Positions 8,482 to 15,565 of a stretch of 40,012 nt of DNA are shown here, piece after piece. The stretch is from a virus. Its lineage: Duplodnaviria > Caudoviricetes. The number at the start of each line of letters is the position of its first letter. Positions within the stretch are counted from its first letter, which is position 1. A program made the translations under genes and the position numbers. Location of the stretch: positions 1 through 40,012 of IMG/VR virus record IMGVR_UViG_3300042922_000648. One strand, given 5' to 3'. A model generated the notes under the pieces. It searched no databases, was not told where the DNA came from, and worked only from the letters and a program-made list of their open reading frames with translations.

Positions 8482-9729
8482 ATGGCGACATTCAGGAAAT
8501 TAAAAAGCGGTAATTGGCAAGCTCGTGTTTCAAAGGATGGCGAAGAATTTAGCATAGGCACATTCCGCACAAAAAAAGAAGCTGAGATTGAGGCCGGGAA
8601 AGTCGAAGAAAGAATATATTACGGCCAGACACTAAATGATCGTAACATGCTATTTGAAGAGGTGGCCAAGCAGTGGATAGAACATAAAAGTTCCAATTTG
8701 AAGGATTCGACTTTCGCACAGGTAGAAGTCATCATTCGGCTGCACATCCTCCCGTATTTTGGCAAAAAAAAGATAATGGCTATACGCCGTGCTGAAATTA
8801 AAAAGTGGATACAAGGTTATGTTGATAAGAAAGACAAAAAAGGAGAACCCGAGTATTCATTCGGCTCCTGTCTAAAGTATCTCTCAGTAATGAAAAGCAT
8901 TTTACACTATGCCGTATATGAACTTGAGGTGCTTGAAAAAAATCCGGCAGATAAATTAAAGGTTCCCGTTAAAGATTCAACTGAAAAGAAAGAAGAGGTG
9001 AAATATTTTACTTTAGTGGAGTTGAACAAATTACTCGATTATATGAAGGGTTACAAACATCAACGTTTCGAGGATTATCCTATCTATTACACACTCATGT
9101 ATTTTTTAAGCCAGTCAGGATTACGGATCAGCGAAGCATTGGCACTAAGATGGACCGATCTAAAAGGCGATAAAATAACTATTGAAAGACAGACAAGTAG
9201 AGATAATAATAACAATCTCAAACTAACAACATTAAAAAATACATCATCATACCGCACAATCCGTTTGGACGAAGATGTGGTAAATGCATTAAAAGAATTC
9301 AAAGTGATCCAAGAAAAATTTATTCAGGAATACGATACTTTCCATGCTAATAAAGACAACATTATTTTCCATAATTATCTAGGTAATTATTTGACTCCGG
9401 CAACCACTCGCGAGTCAATTCAGAGATACTGTACCGAGGCAGGAGTCAAATACAAAGGAACACACGTATTCCGGCATACTCACGCAGTTTTACTCCTTGA
9501 ATCAGGCGCAAGTCTTGTGTTTGTATCCAAGCGACTGGGTCACAAAACAATAAAAACTACAGCCGACACTTACTTGTCTATAACGCAAAAAATAGAAGAA
9601 GACGAACTTGATAAGTTCGCCTCCTACACTAAAAGAAAATCCGAATCGGCACAAAATCGGCACGATGATAAAATCCCCTCAGAACAACTCCCCGAAAACC
9701 CTGATTTATCAAGGGTTCCGCAGGTTTAG
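8482..9729 (+). CDS. int: Tyrosine integrase
   Basis: Arm-binding N-terminus MATFRKLKSGNWQARV; catalytic GLRISE, LK, HVFRHTH, LGH, TY; GGAGG RBS. Confidence 0.96.
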   Translation: MATFRKLKSGNWQARVSKDGEEFSIGTFRTKKEAEIEAGKVEERIYYGQTLNDRNMLFEEVAKQWIEHKSSNLKDSTFAQVEVIIRLHILPYFGKKKIMAIRRAEIKKWIQGYVDKKDKKGEPEYSFGSCLKYLSVMKSILHYAVYELEVLEKNPADKLKVPVKDSTEKKEEVKYFTLVELNKLLDYMKGYKHQRFEDYPIYYTLMYFLSQSGLRISEALALRWTDLKGDKITIERQTSRDNNNNLKLTTLKNTSSYRTIRLDEDVVNALKEFKVIQEKFIQEYDTFHANKDNIIFHNYLGNYLTPATTRESIQRYCTEAGVKYKGTHVFRHTHAVLLLESGASLVFVSKRLGHKTIKTTADTYLSITQKIEEDELDKFASYTKRKSESAQNRHDDKIPSEQLPENPDLSRVPQV

Positions 9730-9879
9730 CCTATACTGCCTTCCATCTCGAATTTGATGGACTACGTTTATCACAGTATATATTATAATAGAAGGAACAG
9801 CTTATTACAGCGGTTTCTTCTATTATACCTCTCATGCTATATCACAGCTTTTCGTGTTATATCGGCACGAAATCGGCAC
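9645..9879. other. attP: core 9726-9758 encodes the SufB C-terminus, flanked by arm-type repeats
   Basis: Minus strand 9758-9726 reads IKFEMEGSIG*; ATCGGCAC pairs at 9645/9656 and 9861/9872. Confidence 0.85.
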
Positions 9880-9891
9880 GCTTTGCGTATG

Positions 9892-10053
9892 TTATATTTC
9901 ATTAATAATATTCACCAAATAATTAGCTGATGGCGTGATTACAGATACTTCTACTGGTACTTTTATGCCCTCAGACGAAACGACAGTTGCTGATAGTAAA
10001 TAAATAAGATCTAAGCTTAAATCCCAAGGTATTTTAATTTTGTGTTTTTCCAT
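9892..10053 (-). CDS. Small hypothetical protein, 53 aa (not in ORF track)
   Basis: AGGGAG RBS; MEKHKIKIPWDLSLDLIYLLSATVVSSEGIKVPVEVSVITPSANYLVNIINEI. Confidence 0.4.
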   Translation of the reverse strand: MEKHKIKIPWDLSLDLIYLLSATVVSSEGIKVPVEVSVITPSANYLVNIINEI

Positions 10054-10176
10054 TTACTAAGCTCCCTAGTAGTAGTAATGACAATGATCGCGGATCTAAT
10101 GCATCAGTAATACGTTCAAAACTTTTCCGCATTAGGTGGTACATTAAAAATGAAATTTTTATATTTGCTTTCTCGG

Positions 10177-10205
10177 GGGTGCGTCTGCCAGGACGCGCCC
10201 TTTTT
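10177..10205 (+). terminator. Intrinsic terminator
   Basis: GGGTGCGTC/GACGCGCCC stem followed by TTTTT. Confidence 0.6.
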
Positions 10206-10267
10206 CTATGTTGCTAAACATGATATAATACCAGCGAAATAGATCACCTCTCTCATAGGAGGAAACA

Positions 10268-10498
10268 ATGGCACTCCATCAAGGGAGCTGCCTGCTGCCA
10301 GGTATTCGTAAATCTCGGAAAAAGACACAAGCACAGGTTTGTGCTGCCCTTAAGAAGGAATGCGGGGTTGAAATATCCCCTTCCTACTTCTCAAAGATTG
10401 AGAAGGGCATCGCACCTCTAACTACCCTACAAGCCAGGGCAATATGCATTGTGCTTGCTTGTGCCGAGGAACAACTTTACGATTATAAGCAAGACTAG
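10268..10498 (+). CDS. Small XRE-family HTH protein, convergent with the Agr-like operon
   Basis: IRKSRKKTQAQV...ISPSYFSKIEKG...ARAICIVLAC..EQLY; AGGAGG RBS; upstream TGATATAAT. Confidence 0.8.
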   Translation: MALHQGSCLLPGIRKSRKKTQAQVCAALKKECGVEISPSYFSKIEKGIAPLTTLQARAICIVLACAEEQLYDYKQD

Positions 10499-10718
10499 GC
10501 AGCGGGCTGGAGCAGTTGTGCTCCCCCATGATGCGAATTTGAATAATGCACGAAACAACTAAAAAAGTCAATAATGTTTCAACGGTTGATAACATTTCTA
10601 ATTTAACTCCATTTATAGTAAAATGTATAGTTTAACTCGCATCCTTAAACGGGATATTCGACACCATAATTCGACACACACAATACCTAATGTGTGTTAT
10701 ACTGGTAGTTTCGCAAAC

Positions 10719-10753
10719 AAAAAGCGACCTTTTATACATGAGGTCGCTTTTTT
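10719..10753. terminator. Bidirectional terminator after the LytTR gene
   Basis: AAAAAGCGACCT/AGGTCGCTTTTT. Confidence 0.8.
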
Positions 10754-10754
10754 G

Positions 10755-11117
10755 TTACGCGTATTCAATGGTGTGCGAAGCTTTTCTTTTAATTACTTTA
10801 ATGCGATCTTCAGCAAATGGACAAAATTTCCCTTTTCTATCATTTGAAAAATAAGCCCGATAAAAAAACTTGTCCACTGACTGTATCGCATCTACGTTGA
10901 TAACCCCTATCCTATCAGCGCGAATGAAATTGTATCCATTAAGCTTAAAAAGGTCCAACCAGTATACTAATGTGCCTACGGTATAGTAAGTGTTTGACTC
11001 AGTATGCACAATAATTCTTTTCGCGGAGCGTAGATATTCAATAAATAAAATCTGATTAATAGAAATAGAGGTTAACCCACCGCCGTTGATTTCTTCTGTC
11101 ACTGATATTGTCTGCAT
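10755..11117 (-). CDS. Stand-alone LytTR DNA-binding protein (no receiver domain)
   Basis: ILFIE...KRIIVHT...YYTVGTL..W...FIRADRIGVINVDAI; start MQTIS at 11117 with GGAGGT RBS; 120 aa. Confidence 0.85.
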   Translation of the reverse strand: MQTISVTEEINGGGLTSISINQILFIEYLRSAKRIIVHTESNTYYTVGTLVYWLDLFKLNGYNFIRADRIGVINVDAIQSVDKFFYRAYFSNDRKGKFCPFAEDRIKVIKRKASHTIEYA

Positions 11118-11128
11118 AAGTACCTCCA

Positions 11129-11248
11129 CTACAGCAATTCTTCAGGCACTTCCCCTTCATATACATATAAAAGGCTTGCTGTGCCAAGCGATCCTAGAGC
11201 AACAACTGACAACAATGTTGCAACCAAAGATAGAGCGCGACGTTTCAT
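11129..11248 (-). CDS. agrD: AgrD-like cyclic peptide precursor, 39 aa (not in ORF track)
   Basis: MKRRALSLVATLLSVVALGSLGTASLLYVYEGEVPEELL*: basic/hydrophobic leader, TAS-x4-Y core, acidic E-x-P-EEL tail; directly after agrB with AAGGGGGTG RBS. Confidence 0.88.
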   Translation of the reverse strand: MKRRALSLVATLLSVVALGSLGTASLLYVYEGEVPEELL

Positions 11249-11251
11249 TAT

Positions 11252-11773
11252 TCATTTCACCCCCTTCCAAGAAATTAACGTAAGACCTTGAACCAAGAAG
11301 CACATAGTTAGTGTTGTTGATTGAAATAAAAAGCCACTGGACACAACTACTACAGATAGTATTTTTAATAAAGGGTAATATTTTCTCGGTATACGGTTTT
11401 GCCGTCTAATTCTAGCTGGCGCATATACCAAATATAAAATCACGCTCACTACATTGAAGATATGAATGTATAGTAGATCCAGTTGCATCAGGGAAAGTAT
11501 TGTGAATGTAGTCGTTGTAGCCAAAACACACTTCATCCCTGATTTCAAATGAATGCCTCCGGAAATCTGCCTTATAGAGGCAAAAACAATCAGTAAAATT
11601 AATGTTTCCTTAGTCCTGCCCGTTATAAATGATATAAGCAGTGTTCCTAATATGATGAACGCTGTGTTAAGAACAATAGCGAGAGAATACTTAAGTACTG
11701 CCACTGAAGCCTTATGATCGGGAATGTTTCGTTTAATCTTCTCTGCCAAACTTAAAGCTAAGTCCTCAATCAT
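11252..11773 (-). CDS. agrB: AgrB-family peptide maturation protein
   Basis: FASIRQISGGIHLKSGMKC (R-xx-SGG-x-H-x6-C catalytic His/Cys), YAPA motif, multiple TM segments; start MIEDLA at 11773. Confidence 0.92.
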   Translation of the reverse strand: MIEDLALSLAEKIKRNIPDHKASVAVLKYSLAIVLNTAFIILGTLLISFITGRTKETLILLIVFASIRQISGGIHLKSGMKCVLATTTTFTILSLMQLDLLYIHIFNVVSVILYLVYAPARIRRQNRIPRKYYPLLKILSVVVVSSGFLFQSTTLTMCFLVQGLTLISWKGVK

Positions 11774-12395
11774 CTTCTCTCTCCCTTTTAAAAGAGTAGT
11801 GCAAGAAAAACATGGAAAGCAGGAAAAAGACAAGGATATTCGTATAGATTTCTTTGTAGTAGAGCAGGACAGATATGCCTAATAAGAAGCCAATAATAAT
11901 TATAGTAAGCACTATATCTTCAGACTTAAATCGTAATTTCTCAAATTCAAAATTGAATCCCTTACCCATATGATAGAGAAAATAAGCTCCGACTATAAGA
12001 ACAGCAGCGCTAAGCACCTGTAGCAAATACCCATTTGCGAGACTGCCATCTATCGCACTGATCGACCCAAAAAATATTAGGACAATACAAGTCTGCGTCA
12101 CAGCAAAAATTGCATACCCGGCGATTGTGGCAAGTAATGAAAATATCAGTGGAAGCTTTACCACAACTGTAAAGAAAATTGTAAATAACATAATGCTGAT
12201 TAAAGGAGCAACGTTTGCCATGGATAAATCATTTCTCAAAAAGTAACTTTGAAGGTTCATCAAAAGAATGAAAAACAGAACTTGCCAGGCATACCAGCTC
12301 CACTTAAACCTAAACAAACACATTATTAAAAAGTACATAGAGAAAGCCTCGATTGTTGAAAAAAACATAAAGCCTACCGGTTCCAACGACAACAT
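11766..12395 (-). CDS. Polytopic membrane protein (~7 TM), candidate peptide receptor; AgrC sensor-like but no kinase domain
   Basis: About 209 aa, almost entirely hydrophobic helices; ends shortly after the last TM; its stop overlaps the agrB start. Confidence 0.7.
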   Translation of the reverse strand: MLSLEPVGFMFFSTIEAFSMYFLIMCLFRFKWSWYAWQVLFFILLMNLQSYFLRNDLSMANVAPLISIMLFTIFFTVVVKLPLIFSLLATIAGYAIFAVTQTCIVLIFFGSISAIDGSLANGYLLQVLSAAVLIVGAYFLYHMGKGFNFEFEKLRFKSEDIVLTIIIIGFLLGISVLLYYKEIYTNILVFFLLSMFFLHYSFKREREDD

Positions 12396-12504
12396 GCAAC
12401 ACCGCCTGACATAATTTTCATTCAATAGGTTAATTATATAACTGCTCCAGGTATATCGTATACTACTTATTTACTATGAAGTAGGCCTATCAGGCGGCGA
12501 TATC

Positions 12505-12750
12505 TCAGTGTCTCTTCGACACCCTCCCGGTGGTCCGTAATTCTTCCATTTGAACTCGGATTTCTTCCTTCCAAATCAGGTCATTTGTTTGATTAGCCAG
12601 CCGATTTAATTGTTGCAGCCGAGCGACTTCCCAAAGATAATTAGAGTTTGCTTTAAGGCAGATGTACTTTTCATCTTCTTCCGACTCGGTTAATGGCCGT
12701 TTAAGCTCTATAGTCCACAGTTCAGCAAGTCGATCATGAGCATACAACAT
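12505..12750 (-). CDS. Small helical hypothetical protein
   Basis: MLYAHDRLAELW...RPLTESE...CLKAN..Y.WE.ARL..L..LA..TND..W; AGGAG RBS. Confidence 0.7.
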   Translation of the reverse strand: MLYAHDRLAELWTIELKRPLTESEEDEKYICLKANSNYLWEVARLQQLNRLANQTNDLIWKEEIRVQMEELRTTGRVSKRH

Positions 12751-12801
12751 ATCTATCACTCCTATACATGTGAGGGCGCGCGCTGCCCTCTAATGGCGGT
12801 T

Positions 12802-12888
12802 TCCGCGACCATCCCGGCATAATTCGTCCGGTAGGTTTCGACCAGCCCCGCAGCCGGTCCAAGGCGCTCTCAGCGCTCATCAGGCGGA
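12802..12888 (-). ncRNA. Type I hammerhead ribozyme with an extra hairpin
   Basis: TCCGC-CTGATGA-[GCGCTGAGAGCGC]-CTTG-GACCGGC..GCTGGTC-GAAA-CC..CCGG/CCGG..G-GTC|GCGGA; all core nucleotides and three stems present. Confidence 0.8.
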
Positions 12889-12893
12889 TTAAG

Positions 12894-13112
12894 TTACCAT
12901 GCTGCTATCAGGTCCTTCACTGACATTGTTTTAGCTTTCCCGTATTCGCATTTTTCGAGAATGTGGATAGCATCCACAAGGGCTTTACACGTTCCGTATG
13001 ATGGGCAATCTGACAGTTTCTTGTAGCCACCCTTGCCGTTCATCCATTCTCCACGGAGCCAATCCAGTTCCGGTGATAGAAATTGACTCAGGGCATTGAT
13101 TGCATGATCCAT
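12894..13112 (-). CDS. Hypothetical protein
   Basis: 72 aa, starts immediately after the upstream stop. Confidence 0.6.
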   Translation of the reverse strand: MDHAINALSQFLSPELDWLRGEWMNGKGGYKKLSDCPSYGTCKALVDAIHILEKCEYGKAKTMSVKDLIAAW

Positions 13113-13113
13113 G

Positions 13114-13308
13114 TCATTTCCCCGTTTCCTTAAGCGTTTCTAGTGCCGTTAAAATGATTTCAATATCTCGGAGTTTCTTGAAAGGTGATCCGTCACCAGT
13201 GACGACTGCTTCGATTAGCCCGACTGCCGCAGGATAACGATACCGTTCGCCTTCCTTGGCTATTTGTGCTGCTCTGCGCCTAACTTCTTCACGATCCATT
13301 TTCCGCAT
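13114..13308 (-). CDS. Hypothetical protein
   Basis: AAAGGAGG RBS. Confidence 0.65.
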   Translation of the reverse strand: MRKMDREEVRRRAAQIAKEGERYRYPAAVGLIEAVVTGDGSPFKKLRDIEIILTALETLKETGK

Positions 13309-13364
13309 TTCCTCCTTTAGAGAGGCCGTAGCCCCGCATGGTTCAATTCATCAGCAATGCGCAG

Positions 13365-13574
13365 CTATTCGCACACTTTCCTTACACATGTTCTCGGCAT
13401 GTGCCAAGGGTGGGATATGCCCTCCACATACACGCTAATAAAGTATCCTGTCTTCATAATCCGCTGTACGACACGCACTTGCTCATATTCTTTATGGACG
13501 GAAACATATCTAACCTTATCCCCGATAACAACTCTTTTCCCGTCCATATCTTTGAATGAATTAACCTCAGTCAA
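13365..13574 (-). CDS. Small hypothetical protein (possible beta-barrel)
   Basis: AAGGGAGGTG RBS then TTG; KDMDGKRVVIGDKVRY. Confidence 0.55.
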   Translation of the reverse strand: MTEVNSFKDMDGKRVVIGDKVRYVSVHKEYEQVRVVQRIMKTGYFISVYVEGISHPWHMPRTCVRKVCE

Positions 13575-13608
13575 TTCGTTCACCTCCCTTGGCCGTAGCC
13601 CCACGTTA

Positions 13609-13809
13609 TTAGCCTACCAGCACACCAAGTGCCTTCAGCTGCCGCCGATACCCGTTAGCGCGACCAACCAGGCCGATAACCTCGGAGTCCAGTTCCGTCT
13701 TTCCTGCTGCCTTGTAGCAAGCAGCCAACTCCATGCAGTTTGTGAAGAGTTCCTGTAGTAGCGTGACTTCGCGATTTATTAACTCTTGCTCAGTACGAGT
13801 TTGCTTCAT
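13609..13809 (-). CDS. Hypothetical protein, first gene of the leftward accessory operon
   Basis: 66 aa with GGAGG/AAGGGA RBS. Confidence 0.6.
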   Translation of the reverse strand: MKQTRTEQELINREVTLLQELFTNCMELAACYKAAGKTELDSEVIGLVGRANGYRRQLKALGVLVG

Positions 13810-13886
13810 TCCCTTATCCCTCCTGCGTATTAGTTAATAGCAACTTTGTATATTTAGTTGATTAATATGATCAACTTCCTATACAC

Positions 13887-13961
13887 AATATATTATATCC
13901 AAGTCATCATGTCAAGCATAATGTTCAATATGTTGAACATTATGCTTATCTTTGGTATCAT
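13887..13961. promoter_or_regulatory. Divergent promoters sharing a perfect 15-4-15 palindrome (13914-13947)
   Basis: AAGCATAATGTTCAA-TATG-TTGAACATTATGCTT; minus strand TTGACA-17-TATATT; plus strand TTGAAC-17-TATCAT with TG extension. Confidence 0.7.
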
Positions 13962-13981
13962 GTTATTCAGGAGGGTTGTCC

Positions 13982-14209
13982 ATGATAATAAATCATTTGA
14001 GCGAGATAATGGGGCGCAAAAGATTAAAAGTAACTGATGTTGTAAAGCATACTGGCCTTGCAAGAAATACAGTCACCGAAATATTTCACGCTCGATCTAA
14101 GCGTGTTGATATGGAAACATTGGATAAGTTGTGTGCGTTCCTTGGCGTAAGCGTTGGAGATATATTTGAGCATGTTGAAGAAAGTGAAAAAGAGCCGCCA
14201 CAGGGATAA
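13982..14209 (+). CDS. Cro/C1-type HTH regulator (HTH_26-like)
   Basis: HLSEIMGRKRLKVTDVVKHTGLARNTVTEIFH...VDMETLDKLCAFLGVSVGDIFE; GGAGG RBS. Confidence 0.88.
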   Translation: MIINHLSEIMGRKRLKVTDVVKHTGLARNTVTEIFHARSKRVDMETLDKLCAFLGVSVGDIFEHVEESEKEPPQG

Positions 14210-14225
14210 CCTTGACGGCTCTTTT
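14188..14225. terminator. Bidirectional terminator
   Basis: AAAAGAGCCG/CGGCTCTTTT. Confidence 0.7.
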
Positions 14226-14341
14226 GTTTGGTCAGGAAAATTTTCCTTAACCTATTACGTTTATTGTTCAAATAGATTACTTTTGCATTATGTGATTCAA
14301 TAGAAGTGCAGGGTATTTTGTTTATTTGGAGTGAAACCATC

Positions 14342-14821
14342 ATGGAGAGACAGATAGATGTAGAATTTCCGCTGAAAGAGTATTTCAGTATCCCGTTGCA
14401 CCTTCACCGTAAGGATATAGCTTGTATTCGTGCTGTATCCAATCCTGAGGAACTCGGACCAAACTTATCAGTAATAATTAACGCTTTGCGTTCAAAGGGC
14501 TATAGAGACCTGTCGAGCGTCTTAAACTCTTCATGGAAAGAGCTGTATCAAGTGAGGTTGATTGGGTACAAAAGGCAGATTCTTCTTTTGGAGTTGTTGG
14601 AACGGATTTCTGCTGATCCAGAAGTAATTTCAAATTATAAGATTGCCCCAAGGGTCACAAAGCGTAGCAAGAAAAAAATGGCTGAACTTGAGTTGAAGAG
14701 AATAATAAAACGATATAGAAAGACTCCTGAGGAATTATTGAAGGAAGAGGAACTTGCTGCTAAGGAAGTTCGATTGCAGGAGATAAAGGATAAGTTGCGT
14801 AAATTGGGGTTGATACAATAA
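14342..14821 (+). CDS. Moron protein with an RNA polymerase alpha-CTD-like HhH segment
   Basis: LSVIINALRSKGYRDLSSVLNSSWKELYQVRLIGYKRQILLLELL resembles the alpha-CTD pattern LS..xxN.L...G..T+..L...S..EL..+RN+G.K. Confidence 0.55.
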   Translation: MERQIDVEFPLKEYFSIPLHLHRKDIACIRAVSNPEELGPNLSVIINALRSKGYRDLSSVLNSSWKELYQVRLIGYKRQILLLELLERISADPEVISNYKIAPRVTKRSKKKMAELELKRIIKRYRKTPEELLKEEELAAKEVRLQEIKDKLRKLGLIQ

Positions 14822-14861
14822 AAAATACCCATACAGTATCGCGGTCTGTATGGGTATTTTT
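14821..14861. terminator. Bidirectional terminator ending the late operon
   Basis: AAAAATACCCATACAG/CTGTATGGGTATTTTT between convergent genes. Confidence 0.85.
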
Positions 14862-14869
14862 GAAGCGTC

Positions 14870-15136
14870 TTATTCGTCAAATCCCTTTTTAGTCTGTTTG
14901 ACCAGCTGATTTCCATACACAGACACTGCCCCGCACAAGATCCCTTGCAAGACGCTATCTGGGCTCAAACCCAGCATGAGGCAAACAACCACAATTGCAA
15001 CCAGCGTGACAATGTAAATAATAGTCCAGTCCGGAACACGCGGCGTCTGCTTGAGTATGTACCCGATCACCCAGCAAACAGTAAGCACCAACAGCAGCTC
15101 CGGCTTGATAAAGCTCGATACAGCGTTCCATTCCAT
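14870..15136 (-). CDS. Phage holin
   Basis: Three TM segments; FIKPELL...VIGYILKQTPRVPDWTI...LQGILCGAVSVYGNQLVKQ. Confidence 0.88.
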   Translation of the reverse strand: MEWNAVSSFIKPELLLVLTVCWVIGYILKQTPRVPDWTIIYIVTLVAIVVVCLMLGLSPDSVLQGILCGAVSVYGNQLVKQTKKGFDE

Positions 15137-15141
15137 TCAAA

Positions 15142-15387
15142 TCACCCTTTCGATTTTATGACCAAGCTAATAATTGCCAGCAGTACAGCACCGATAATTG
15201 TAGTACCCACCCAGTTCACCAACTTATCGAGCCGGTCAATTCTTAGGTGCGCCGATTTCGTTGAATTAAGCGCTTCGATCGCCGTCTCTTTAACGTCAAT
15301 CATGGCATCCAACTTTTCCTCAATGTTGTCAATTTTAGTTTCCACTCTGGTTAATCTTTGCAACGTTTCAACCTGTGCGTCTTCCAC
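15142..15387 (-). CDS. XhlA-like lysis-associated membrane protein
   Basis: QRLTRVETKID...KSAHLRIDRLD..VNWVGTTIIGAVL; coiled-coil plus C-terminal TM; adjacent to the holin. Confidence 0.8.
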   Translation of the reverse strand: MEDAQVETLQRLTRVETKIDNIEEKLDAMIDVKETAIEALNSTKSAHLRIDRLDKLVNWVGTTIIGAVLLAIISLVIKSKG

Positions 15388-15448
15388 TCTCGTCCCCCCC
15401 AATTTTAGATCAATTCTCTTTTTCTGATTCCTTTCTTCTAACTTTGTC

Positions 15449-15544
15449 TCAATGCATATCTCTTTGTTTGAAATGATAGTCCCTGCAGGAATTGTGATAT
15501 TTCATCCAATACATATGATAAGCTTTCCAAATTGCTTGCAGCAT
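15449..15544 (-). CDS. Possible 31-aa peptide
   Basis: GGAAGGA RBS; MLQAIWKAYHMYWMKYHNSCRDYHFKQRDMH. Confidence 0.35.
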   Translation of the reverse strand: MLQAIWKAYHMYWMKYHNSCRDYHFKQRDMH

Positions 15545-15565
15545 TTTACCGTTCCTTCCGTAACG

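Noticed and set aside
10268-12395. Arbitrium/RRNPP system
   Set aside because: No TPR-type intracellular receptor is present, and the peptide has AgrD architecture and sits next to agrB.
11766-12425. agrC pseudogene created by frameshift
   Set aside because: Its stop overlaps the agrB start, leaving no room for kinase remnants, and the partner regulator also lacks a receiver domain. Ancient truncation cannot be excluded.
12426-12504. LytTR-type direct repeats upstream of the Agr-like operon
   Set aside because: A TATAAT is present (12438-12433), but I found no convincing direct repeat with ~21-bp periodicity, so the LytTR target remains unidentified.
13921-13940. LexA box in the 34-bp palindrome
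   Set aside because: The half-sites are in the order GTTC...GAAC with the wrong spacing, not GAAC-N4-GTTC.
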